From Paramoeba atlantica (taxonomy: Eukaryota > Protista > Discosea): a stretch of 64,000 nt of DNA. The stretch lies in contig CDRNVI010000014.1 of assembly GCA_977017575.1 (NCBI GenBank), positions 455,507 through 519,506 of the forward strand. Direction: 5' to 3'. Below the pieces are notes generated by a model, which had not been told where the DNA came from, searched no databases, and saw nothing but the letters and a program-made list of their open reading frames with translations. Both the position numbers and the translations under genes were made by a program. This document shows, one piece after another, positions 1-10,384 of the stretch (position 1 is the stretch's first letter; each line of letters opens with the position of its first letter).

Positions 1-654
1 TTCCCCCCATTTTGAAAACGAGCAAAATGTAAAACTAGGAAATGCATGCTACAACCGCACATACAAAACTACAACCGCACATCTCTAACTATATATTAAA
101 AAACGAGTGTAAGAAATCCATTCTGAAATCCACGGCGAGGGCATCCGGACATTAACATAATCAAATCACGAATATGATAAAGTAAAGAAGTATCTAATTG
201 AAAACATAGCTTATGTTGAACGTCTACTTCTCGTTATGCTATGGTTCCTCTTATGATGCTAGTAGATTTCTCCTATTGCTGAATAACGCGCGCTGTATAA
301 ATATTCAAAAAGGGGCCCTGGTACCACACAATTAAACTCAGAATGTTGAAGAAAAGGGAATACTTTGTGAAGGGGCTTAGCCCCCCACGCTCCGCAGCCG
401 TGGCTGGGGGTTGGTGGGTGGGCTTCGAAAACGTGTAAATAAACTTTGAAGAATAGCCTTCACACAACACAAAATCAACAAACAGAACAATATTTCTACC
501 AGAAACAATACATACATATTATCAATAATTTCACTTGAAATGTAATCATATAAAAGCTTAAAATACAGCGCGTACAATGCCCGCCGGCCACGTAAGTAAA
601 TAGCCCTCGCCTAAATTTCTTACCGTAAACTTTTAAAAGAAATTAAAGCTAAAT

Positions 655-3600
655 CTAGAAGCCATAAGTATCCTCCTCTGTACGGGGCTCCAAGAACCGA
701 CGCAACTGGCAGTTTAACACTGCCCCATTCAATTCTTGCAAATGCAGCGCAAAGTCTCGTTCCACCGCCTGCGGATTCATGGACGATTTCTCGGCCAAAA
801 TGTGTAGTAGCTCTCTTGTGTTGGCGTGAAGTGATCCGCTTGCAAGGATGGGTAAGCACCGAAAGTTGTCCTCTCTTAATATTTTGGTCGCCACGTACTT
901 GGTGCGTTTCCTCGTGATCGCGTCTTGGAGTGCTTTTGCTGGCTTGGTACCGAGAATGGAAGGAGCGAGCTCGTGTACGACTGTAAGGTCATAAAAGATC
1001 TCCCCTGTGGCCCAATATACTACCAAATCGGGGCCCGATCGATGCAACGCGCTGCCTTTGCACGCTGTTGCATGCTCCCTCTTTCGCTCTTCGGAAATTA
1101 CCTCCGAGCACCCGAGGCACGTGTACGATGAAAACTGACGGGGCTCCCGCTCGCATGGGATACCGGCCTTCATGCAAAGGTCGTAGATGTAACGAATCAG
1201 ACAATTGTGCTTCGTAGTCGAATTCGTTCCGGTGCACCTGACGCATCCCGGCACGTGGGTGAGAGCGGTCTCGCCGTTGATTTCCGTTTTGCAGCCCGGG
1301 CAGAGAAAGGATGAAGGGAGCTCCGGGTGACAGATACCGAGCCTCGGCATCACTGCTAGGGTGTATTGTCGCGTCGGTATAAATCGTTCGGTCGCGTGCA
1401 GCCACGAGTAGCTTCCTTTCCGAGTAGTTGCCTGCATTATCTGCGCAGTTTTCTTGGTTTCACACAGACGCGTTTTTATCGCCTTGTGTACTGCTTTCTC
1501 CGCAGACTCTTCTTCCGGTACAGCGGCCACTGTTGAGGCATCGCACGTCGCGACTTGAGCTGAAAACTTTTTTTGCTGCTCTAAAGCTGCGTGTTGCGAA
1601 GCCTCATATGCGGCCACTCGGATAGAGTCCGTTGAAGACAGGCCCAAACCACCCATCGACAGCGGCAAACGAGCCCACTCGACTTGATCGGATGTCAAAG
1701 GACCAAGCCATGCTTTCAGAACGTCTTCTACCTCTGAGTCAAATTCCTTCGCCATCTCTCCAGATGCCTCCGGCGCGTGCGTTCGAATCTGGTATCTTTG
1801 TCTCACATTGACGCATTTCGACAGGATGAGGCACGAGACATTATTTGCTCCCATTCTCCGCAATCTTCTAAAAATTGTTTTATGCTTACGAAGATTCCTT
1901 AAAAGAAGATTGCTGACCCGTTCATTTTCTCCGATGTATGCCCCTAGTGCTTTCAGGGCATCTGACTCAGAATTCACCCCGGCCATCTTTAGAGTCTCTG
2001 GAATTTCTCTACCTTCTCTCCCGCCAAACCACACACATTTTCTGTTAGCGAGTTGTACATCTCTCTCGCCCAAAAGGTCCCACAGTCTATAGAACGCTTT
2101 CGTCAAAAGATCCGCGTCGTCGGACACCAGATTTATGTCATCGATATAGGCAAAAATTTTCAGCGTTGGGTATTCAAGAGCCAATGTTGCGAGCATTGGC
2201 TGCATGAAGGTGCAGAAAAGAAAGCTGGAAAGCGGCGACCCCTGCCGCACACCTCGAGAACTACTAACCGTGCCGTGTAGCGTACCATCTTTCCCGTAGA
2301 ACAACAGTTCAGATGGTTTAGAATATTGCGCATGGAAGAGACGTTGGAAAGGACGAAGCGTAGCATAAGAGTACAGAGAGTCGGCGATGTGATCGCGATA
2401 CGGTGAATTGAATGCATTGCACAGATCAATCGACAGAATTTTTTCACCCTTCATGTAGCTCTCCTGAAGTTGATGCACGATGGACTCGCATCCTGATTTT
2501 TGCGATACCCCGTATTGCCAAGGAGCAAACAAAGTGCCAAGGGATCGTTCGTATTTCTGTAGCATAACCACTTCCGCTAGCTTCAGAAACATTTCCCCAA
2601 CCGCGACAGGGCGAATACCTCCGTCGGCTTTCGGAATAGCAACCAGCCGCGCTCTTTTAAGTCTTGTCATCACCTCGTCCGCTACCTTCCCGTTGATCAC
2701 ATCCAAGAGCATGTGACATAGGGCAGAGCAACATACTTCGTCATCCAGAAGTATGCGAACGATTCCATCCGTGGTTCCAGAAGGGCCAGGAGCTGCTCCC
2801 TTAGCAAGACGTCGTCCAGCCTCTCGAAGTTCTTGTGTCGATAAAATCGCCAAAGCTGGAGCATCTGCTGGAAGGTGGAATGTGCGTTCGGAATATGGAT
2901 GAAGCGTTTTCAATTTCGCGATCGTCTCCTCGTCAGACAGCTTGCGCTCGATTACCTCCTGGTCCAACACTTTTGTGGCCTTAGATGCACATCCCTCAAC
3001 GACCAACCGAATCGCTTTTTTGATCGCTCGGGCGTCCGAGGCTTCCTCATCCTCCATCGCATTCTCTGCCTTTTGGAGCTCGCGTTTCGATTTCATTGGC
3101 CTTCTGCGACGTCTACGCGTGTAGGCCTCACGAACAGCAGCTAAAGAGAACTTCATCGCCGACATCAGTCTATGCCAGATTTTGTTTCTCTGATCGTACC
3201 CACAGTCCGCATAGTCCCTGATCAATTCCCGGTAAACCGCTATGACGCACGGGACGAATTCCGATCCTATCGATTTGACAGTGGGAATTGGCTCCAAATC
3301 CAAATCACATTCCGTATTGGTCACGCTTGGAATTAATGGATCACTTTGATTTGTAGTGGGTGAGTCGCCAGGATTTCCTTGGGCTTCCGGTCCGACTTGT
3401 CCATCCATCCACACTATTCTGTATATCCTAACATTCGGTTGCGGTGGTAAGGTCCCCACGAAAGCTTCTTGTACTTGATGACCCTTAATCCCCTGATAGT
3501 CGATAGCTATTTTGCGAATGCCCGCTCTTGTTTTAACTGAATCCACCACTCCAATCGAGATATTCAACAAGGGCTGTCGATCAAAACTCCATGCAACTAC

Positions 3601-4782
3601 GCATTCATTCCCTAGTCGAGCGTCTTTAGTCTGCTGCGCTATTCGTTCTGGGCTCAGGGGGAAGTCAACACCAATCCGCACCGTAGCGTAAAGCGCTCGA
3701 ACTATCCGGGTGACCGCATTTACATTTCCTGATGTATCTGTGATTCGCAAATCTTCCTTTTCGAATCTCTGCTGCTCATGTGCTGTCGGCGGGCTATCGC
3801 AATCCAGAAATTCATTTAACACCTCATCAGGTGACATGATACCGGGTGTCAAGGGTCTAGGGGTGGCCTCTGTTACCAGAAAGGGTGGTGGAGAAGAATA
3901 TTGTGGAGACATGAGTTCTGCAACGGAAATATTCGTAACCGGTAGCGGAGACGGCAACTTCTGAAATGGGGACGACGGATCTGTTGCCGTATTTTCCGTG
4001 GCTTGAGTACGATTCTGCGTGGCCGCCACCGGTCTCTGCGTGGCCGCCACCGGGCTTTGCGTAGTTCTTTCTTGTGCCTGTGGGGATACCGCTCGGGCGT
4101 AAGAAATTTGTTTCTGGCTCACGGTGTTGGGCGACGTGTCAATGTCCCCCCCAATAATTCGTATTCGCGGGCGGTTCCCGTTCTTCGCCTCTTTTGGTCC
4201 ATCACAGTTCATGAGATTCAGCCTCTTGCCAAGGCGACGAAATATATTGGACGGCAGGTGTGCAGTTTTAATTTTAACCGTGGACCCGTTTCCTTCCGTG
4301 GACCCGTTTCCTTCTGTCATGCCACTGTTTTGCTGGTTCCCACGTTTGGGGTGTGCCTTCGGAGACGGAGGTGTTATTGAATTTGGAAGCGGAGGTGGCG
4401 GAGAGAGCGGCTCCCGAGGCAGGGGTAGGGTCGACTGCTGGGGCGGTTGCGGAGGCGACTGCGGAAGTGGTGACTGCGTAGGTCGCGATTGCGGGGGTTG
4501 AGGGGGGGGAGGGGCCTGCGGTGGAGGAGCGTTCGGCGATGAGTTCTGTGGGGGCGTGTCGCTCGGCGGCTTGTCGGGAAATTTCTTCTGTGATGACAAA
4601 GGCGGCAATTGCGTCGCTGGCGCGGCTCGAGGAGGTGGGGAATTCTGTGCGGGTGGAGCGCCACGTGGGGGAGAGTTCGGAGCGACCGGCGCCGATTTCT
4701 TTCTGCGGCGGGCTGGGGCTAGAGGCAAAATCTCGGGAGCTACTCCTGATTCTTTCGCCTTGGAGCGAGTTACCACTCCCAT
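655..4782 (-). CDS. CRE-like non-LTR retrotransposon ORF (family E), apparently intact: Pro-rich N-terminus, Tudor-like beta domain, RT, CCHC knuckle, RLE endonuclease
   Basis: Motifs GVRQGSPLSSFLF, AYIDDI, ARLPLSMGGLGL, CPGC..HVPGC..C..KHN, REPR..GPDL..YDLTV..RKRTKY. True start taken as MGVVTRSKAK (ATG at 4782), which follows an SL remnant and short UTR; the same N-terminus recurs at 32834. Confidence 0.9.
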   Translation of the reverse strand: MGVVTRSKAKESGVAPEILPLAPARRRKKSAPVAPNSPPRGAPPAQNSPPPRAAPATQLPPLSSQKKFPDKPPSDTPPQNSSPNAPPPQAPPPPQPPQSRPTQSPLPQSPPQPPQQSTLPLPREPLSPPPPLPNSITPPSPKAHPKRGNQQNSGMTEGNGSTEGNGSTVKIKTAHLPSNIFRRLGKRLNLMNCDGPKEAKNGNRPRIRIIGGDIDTSPNTVSQKQISYARAVSPQAQERTTQSPVAATQRPVAATQNRTQATENTATDPSSPFQKLPSPLPVTNISVAELMSPQYSSPPPFLVTEATPRPLTPGIMSPDEVLNEFLDCDSPPTAHEQQRFEKEDLRITDTSGNVNAVTRIVRALYATVRIGVDFPLSPERIAQQTKDARLGNECVVAWSFDRQPLLNISIGVVDSVKTRAGIRKIAIDYQGIKGHQVQEAFVGTLPPQPNVRIYRIVWMDGQVGPEAQGNPGDSPTTNQSDPLIPSVTNTECDLDLEPIPTVKSIGSEFVPCVIAVYRELIRDYADCGYDQRNKIWHRLMSAMKFSLAAVREAYTRRRRRRPMKSKRELQKAENAMEDEEASDARAIKKAIRLVVEGCASKATKVLDQEVIERKLSDEETIAKLKTLHPYSERTFHLPADAPALAILSTQELREAGRRLAKGAAPGPSGTTDGIVRILLDDEVCCSALCHMLLDVINGKVADEVMTRLKRARLVAIPKADGGIRPVAVGEMFLKLAEVVMLQKYERSLGTLFAPWQYGVSQKSGCESIVHQLQESYMKGEKILSIDLCNAFNSPYRDHIADSLYSYATLRPFQRLFHAQYSKPSELLFYGKDGTLHGTVSSSRGVRQGSPLSSFLFCTFMQPMLATLALEYPTLKIFAYIDDINLVSDDADLLTKAFYRLWDLLGERDVQLANRKCVWFGGREGREIPETLKMAGVNSESDALKALGAYIGENERVSNLLLRNLRKHKTIFRRLRRMGANNVSCLILSKCVNVRQRYQIRTHAPEASGEMAKEFDSEVEDVLKAWLGPLTSDQVEWARLPLSMGGLGLSSTDSIRVAAYEASQHAALEQQKKFSAQVATCDASTVAAVPEEESAEKAVHKAIKTRLCETKKTAQIMQATTRKGSYSWLHATERFIPTRQYTLAVMPRLGICHPELPSSFLCPGCKTEINGETALTHVPGCVRCTGTNSTTKHNCLIRYIYDLCMKAGIPCEREPRQFSSYTCLGCSEVISEERKREHATACKGSALHRSGPDLVVYWATGEIFYDLTVVHELAPSILGTKPAKALQDAITRKRTKYVATKILREDNFRCLPILASGSLHANTRELLHILAEKSSMNPQAVERDFALHLQELNGAVLNCQLRRFLEPRTEEDTYGF

Positions 4783-4816
4783 TGAAGAGTAAACGATTAG
4801 AAAATAATCAACAAGG

Positions 4817-4971
4817 ATTGGCCGCCAATTCGCTATTTGTGTCAGGTCGCCTTTTTTTGGAATAGGCACCTGAAGGACAATTTTCCAGGACGCAGGCGAA
4901 ACCCCTGTTCGATGAACCTCGTTTATAATATGTAATAAGGATTTTCTCAGCTCAGCATGTTCTGTGATCAT
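4817..4971 (-). pseudogene. Fragment of an APE-type LINE RT (start of RT domain)
   Basis: SWKIVLQVPIPKKGDLTQIANWRPI matches the LINE W..a.ivPIPKKg...nYRPI motif; abuts the SL remnant of the family E element. Confidence 0.75.
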
Positions 4972-4989
4972 TCTGAGATCATTCTGACA

Positions 4990-7683
4990 GCGACTTCGAA
5001 AACCCTGAGGAGTTCCCTCCGATTCAAAATACGGAGAGCATAAACTACCACGATCCTGGAGACCGAGCTACCGAAGAGAAGCAGAAAGAGCGAACTAGAG
5101 ATGAAACTGCAGAAACACAGGTACCAAGTCCAGAGTGCATTGATGCGCAAAACTTCGTCACGCAACGCGATTTTTTCGACTGCGAATCTCCCATTTCTCC
5201 TTCGACCGAAGTACTAGCGAGCGATGCCGCGGTGTCACCCGATGACGTTGCCCGTGCAATTCAGCAAGAAATAGACCCGAAGACTCAGTTCCCTATCCCA
5301 GCAGATGAAATAAACACCATGTCGTATAATGCAAAACCCGGAGACCGTTGCATTATCGCTTGGAGCTTTGACTGTACACCGGCGATGAACATTTCTCGTG
5401 GAGTGGTCCAGACTTCCCGTAAACGAGGTAATATCAGAAAGCTGGCTATGGAATACACGGGAGTACTCGGACATAAGGCAGGGGAAATATTTCCTGGACA
5501 TATCCCTCCGCAAGCCAACGTTCGTGTTTTCAAACTGATGTGGGACGCCAGCGTGCAACAAGATACGACCCATACCACACAAACTGTCAAATGCCGACAC
5601 ACAGAAGACGATTTGGACCTGGAGCCAATGCCAACTCTGCGCACAGTTGCACCGGAGTTTATCCCTTGCGTGATCGCAATCTATAGAGATATAGTACGTG
5701 ACTATGCCGATAGCGCGTATCCCCAACGCCACCGAATTTGGCACAAGCTCCTTTCCGCCATGAAATACTCGTTAACCACGATTCGTAAAGTCACTGTCAA
5801 GCGACGTCGACGACGCCCCCTACAATCCATGGAGTCGCAAACGCCAACAAACGAAGGAACAGGCTCCAGTCCTGATATTAATGTTAGCGATAAGCGGGCC
5901 ATTAAAAAGGCTACTAGTCTCGTGATGGACGGATGTGTTTCAAAAGCTACACGCGTTTTAGATCAGGAAATCGTTGCGAAGTCATTGAGCGACGATGACA
6001 CTCTTGCAAAACTTCGCGATTTACACCCCGATCTGCCGGTAAACTTCCAGATTCCACAAGACGCACCTATCACGGCATGCATCACGCCTGATGAGCTTAG
6101 AGAAGCCGGTAGACGCATGGCTAAAGGTGCTGCGCCGGGGCCGACAGGAACGACGGACTTAATTCTACGCATGCTATTAGATGATGAAGTATGTTGCGTC
6201 AGCTTAACTCACATGTTCACCGATTTGATAAATGGATCAGTTTCTGATGAAGTAATGAAGCGACTTAAGCGAGCACGTCTTGTTGGTATCCCGAAACCTG
6301 CAGGAGGAATACGACCGATAGCCGTCGGAGAGGTATGGCTGAAACTCGCCGAAGTAGTACTCCTACAACGGCACGAAAAAAAGCTCGCCCCACTATTCTC
6401 ACCGCATCAATACGGGGTAATGGTCAAATCAGGTTGTGAGCGTGTCGTACACGAACTGCGCGAAAGGTACATAGAAGGCTGCAAAATTCTGTCAATTGAT
6501 CTTAAAAATGCGTTCAATTCTCCTTCGCGAGATGAAATCGCTAAAGCAGTCTTCGCCTTCAGCTCCCTACGTCCCTTCTATCGACTATTTTGCGCAGAAT
6601 ACGGAAGCCCATCTGAACTTTTGTTTTATGGAAAAGATGGTAAACTTTGCAATACAGTCATGAGCGCGGCGGGCGTGCGCCAAGGATCGCCACTGTCCTC
6701 AGTACTATTTTGTGCCTTTCTCCAACCAATGCTCGAGACGATTGCCGATGAATTTCCAAGTATCCGCATATATGCTTTTGTGGATGACATAAGCTTTGCT
6801 TCGCAGGACGCCGACCTTCTGACTTCTGCGTTCCTCCGCATACGTGAGCTATTAGCCGAAAAGCGTGTTGAAATGTCCCCTACAAAATGTGTTTGGTTTA
6901 ATGGAATCGAAAATGTGCCAATTCCGCATGGGCTACAAAATGAGGGAGTAACGTCGGAATCAGGTTCAACAAAAATTCTTGGTGCGTTTGTCGGAGAAAC
7001 CCAACGAGTGAGCGACCAGCTCGTGCTAAAATTGAGAAAACACCAGACGGCATTCAGGCGTTTGAACCAGATGGGCGCCAGCAACGTGTCGCTTGTCTTA
7101 CTTTCGCGGTGTGTGAATGTAAGACATCGGTATCACATACGCGTCCATGATCCCGAAAGTTCCCTCGAGCTCACTCGACGATTTGATCAAGAGGTGACTA
7201 ACACTCTCAAGACGTGGTTTGGTAAATTGTCCGCGAATCAAATATCATGGGCGAGACTCCCATTGAAAAAGGGAGGACTCGGCCTCACACCCTCCGAACA
7301 AATTCGAGAAGCTGCGTTCAATAAATCGAAACAACAGGCAATGGAGCGACCAGTCTATCTTTCAGCTCCCGTCTGTGGCTTTGAATCAAGTGAGCGCACG
7401 CCGATGCTGTCTCAGGGTGAGTCGCAAACCCCGACCGACGAACCAACCTCAGAAGAATTGTACCATCAAGACATTCGCGACAGGCTCATGGAGACTCCTC
7501 GTCAAGCTGACATTATCCGAGCCGCGAGTACCAAAGGTAATTACTCTTGGCTGCAATCATGTGCTAAACTGATTCCCCCACGACTTTTTACGCTTGCTGT
7601 TATGCCAAGACTCGGTATAGCACACCCTAAGCTCCCAAGTCATCTAAAATGCCCAGGTTGCCATATCCTGCTTACGAGTGATA
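4990..7683 (+). mobile_element. Family E CRE-like element, truncated at both ends (ORF track 5232-7730; RT intact, RLE missing)
   Basis: DFFDCESP, Tudor-like block, GVRQGSPLSSVLF, AFVDDI, ARLPLKKGGLGL; breaks after CPGC at a T-run. Confidence 0.88.
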
Positions 7684-8050
7684 ATTTTTTTTTTTTTTTT
7701 TTTTTTATTGGGGGGGGGTATACGAGTTGAAAACAAACAATCAAATTAGCAATTCTTTTTCTGTCAATTTTTTTTTTTTTTTTTGCAGATAATAGGGGGG
7801 GAAGAGTACGAGTTCTAACTTTATATATGTATGTGCGGTATGACTTTCTCACTTACTTTCCCACTTGCTCAACTTCTTTCCCTCACTTCCCCCCATTTTA
7901 AAAACGAGCAAAATATATAACTAGCAAATACATGCTTTCCCATCTTACCAATTTTTTTTTTTTTTTTTTTTTTTTTTGACTTTCTCACTTACTTTCCTAC
8001 TTGCTCAACTTCTTTCCCTAACTTCCCCCCATTTTGAAAACGAGCAAAAC
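7684..8050 (-). repeat. Stack of short poly(A)-terminated retroposed modules
   Basis: T-runs at ~7685, ~7768 and ~7952, each followed by blocks (ggggtatacgagttgaaaacaa; gataataggggggaagagtacgag...ttccccccattttaaaaacgagc) that recur at 1-50, 24440-24600, 26415-26560 and 30050-30110. Confidence 0.75.
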
Positions 8051-8184
8051 GTTTCCAGAACGAGTCCAACATTTCCACAATTTCCACACTTATGGTCCTT
8101 CACTTTCCCTTACTCCACATACTTTCCACACCTACTCCCCTTTTTTGCTTCTCGATATTCACTGCTACATTTTTTTTTTTTTCA

Positions 8185-9612
8185 ATGGATTCGACAAAAG
8201 CAGTTCAAGTTTCACCAACAGTGTTGCAAGTCTCACCGGAAACACCCGTAACACACAACTTCCACGACTGCATATCGCCATCTCCGGAGCTATCCCAAAA
8301 GTGCAGGTCACCCAACACACGAGCTGCGGCAATGGACGATGAAGAAACGGGGGATGCTGTTACGCACGAAGCACGCAACACTACAATCGAATCCAAAAAA
8401 AATCAGAACAGTGCCATAATATTCGTAGGCCATAGCGAAGATGAAGTGGAGAAACGAGCCCTGGAGCTGATGCAGTCGGCGAAACCAATTTCTCAATTTC
8501 CCCTGTCTTCGGAAGAAATCTGGTCGCGCTCGAAAACCATAAAAAACGGAACGACCTGCACAGTAGCATGGACGTGGGACCGACAAACGACACTCAACAT
8601 TTCGCTAGGAAAAGTGGTAAAAACGTACAAACGGGCATCCAAAGGTAAACTTACTATTCAATATACAGGAGTCGTTGGACATAAGGCAGGAGAGAATTTT
8701 GATGGATGTATCCCACCACAAGAAAACGTTCGTGTCTTTCAAATTCTGTGGCACTGCGCCCCTCCTCCGATAGATTTTACGACACCGGAAGTGCTTGAAT
8801 ACACACCGCCGGTGGGAAGCACCCAACAAACAGCTCCTGACGAAGACGTAGACCACCTACCAGTGCCAACGGCGCGCAGCTTCTCCCCTGAGTTTGTGCC
8901 GTGCGTAGTTGCGGTGTACCGGGATATTATGTTCGCCTATGAAAAAAGCGACTACGCTGGGCGCCACAAAATCTGGAATCAAACACTTTCAGCTATGAAA
9001 GTCTCTCTGGTAACAATTCGAAGCTCTAGCGGACGACAACGACGGCGGAAACCACACAAGGAGCACACGAGCCCGCAGGACGGCTCATCAGAAGAGGCAA
9101 AGACAACTGCCGATGACGTGCGAGCAGTAAAGAAAGCGACAAGACTCGTGCTTGAGGGGTGCTCCACTAAAGCGGCCAAGGTCATGGGTCAGACCTTCAC
9201 CCGCAACATGCTGTCCGACGCCGAAACGCTGGAAAAATTGCGAATGCTTCACCCTGCACAAACATGTGACTTCAAACTGCCAGATGACGCGCCAATCATC
9301 GCCGGGGTCTCTCCAGAGGAGCTGCGTGCAGCAGGTCGAAGGCTAGCGAAGGGAGTCAGCCCAGGCCCAACGGGAACGACTGACAACGTGCTACGACTTC
9401 TGCTGGACGATGAAGTGTGCTGCACGAGCCTTTGTCACATGATGGCCGATCTACTGAACGGTTTTCTTTCGCGACAAGTTTTACGGCGGCTAAACAGAGC
9501 GAGGTTGATCGCTATCCCGAAACCAGATGGAGGCGTTCGGCCAGTTGCTATGGGAGACGTTTTTGGAAAGTTAGCGGGAATCATTCTTTTTCAACGCTAT
9601 GAAAATACCCTG
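8185..9612 (+). mobile_element. Family E element 5' portion (N-terminus to early RT), 3'-truncated
   Basis: MDSTKAV start; GTTCTVAWTWD...PPQENVRVF block; GVSPGPTGTTD; ARLIAIPKPDGGVRPVAMG; ends at RYENTL*. Confidence 0.85.
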
Positions 9613-10384
9613 TGACACAACCCGGTGCCAGTAAAACGAGGCACTAAATAATTAGGGTGGATGTCATTCTGGCAACGTAGAATGGGTGGCACCGCCCGGT
9701 ACCGAATATAACAAGGTACTAAGAAACTAGGGTGGGTGCCATTCGGGCTAATCTTTGGAATGTGTTTGTGTTTTTTTTATCCACCCTCAAAAGATAGAGT
9801 GGTTTTTTTGGTCAAGGGGCGCCTTATTTGCATTACCTAAGGCGCAGGGGTATAGCGCACCCCACCTCCCTAGCTGTAACCTAACTCCTCTCCAAGCGGA
9901 GGTCAGCCGTAGCTTGCTATGGCTGGCTCTCCGGATACGTCGCAAGACGTATTCGGACTGCCCGTTTGGGGAGTTGAGGGGCCATAACTTTTCGGAGTCA
10001 AAAGGCCCAATACATCATCATCATATACTACAAACAAGAAAAACAGTAAAAATTAAAACAAGCAATCCATGCCCAATCCATTCGCGCGTTCCGGACCGGG
10101 TCTTTCGACCTCTCCACGGCCTGACTTGTGAACCCTTCCCTTGTTATATGGGAGGGCGCAGGCGCGGGCCTGTGTCGACAGCGACACGGTCACGAAACAG
10201 GATGCTGGCCGACGGGGAGGAGATTCACTGCCCGTGTACTACCTCACTTGGGGTACCTAGCCCTCGCGGGCTAGGCGTGAGTATAGACTCTGTCGACCCG
10301 ACCAGCATCCGGGCTCACATTAGAGAGCCTCACTCATGAGAGCAAGGCTTGAGAATAGGTGGGTAAGACACAGTGGGTAGGGGC

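Noticed and set aside
4783-4971. N-terminal 63 aa of the 1438-aa ORF as part of the protein
   Set aside because: It is a LINE RT scrap plus the SL remnant and UTR read through in frame. The true start MGVVTR is reproduced at 32834.
9700-9730. Additional SL copy (aacaaggtac taagaaac)
   Set aside because: It is only a 10-nt match with an insertion and has no UTR/ATG context, so chance cannot be excluded.
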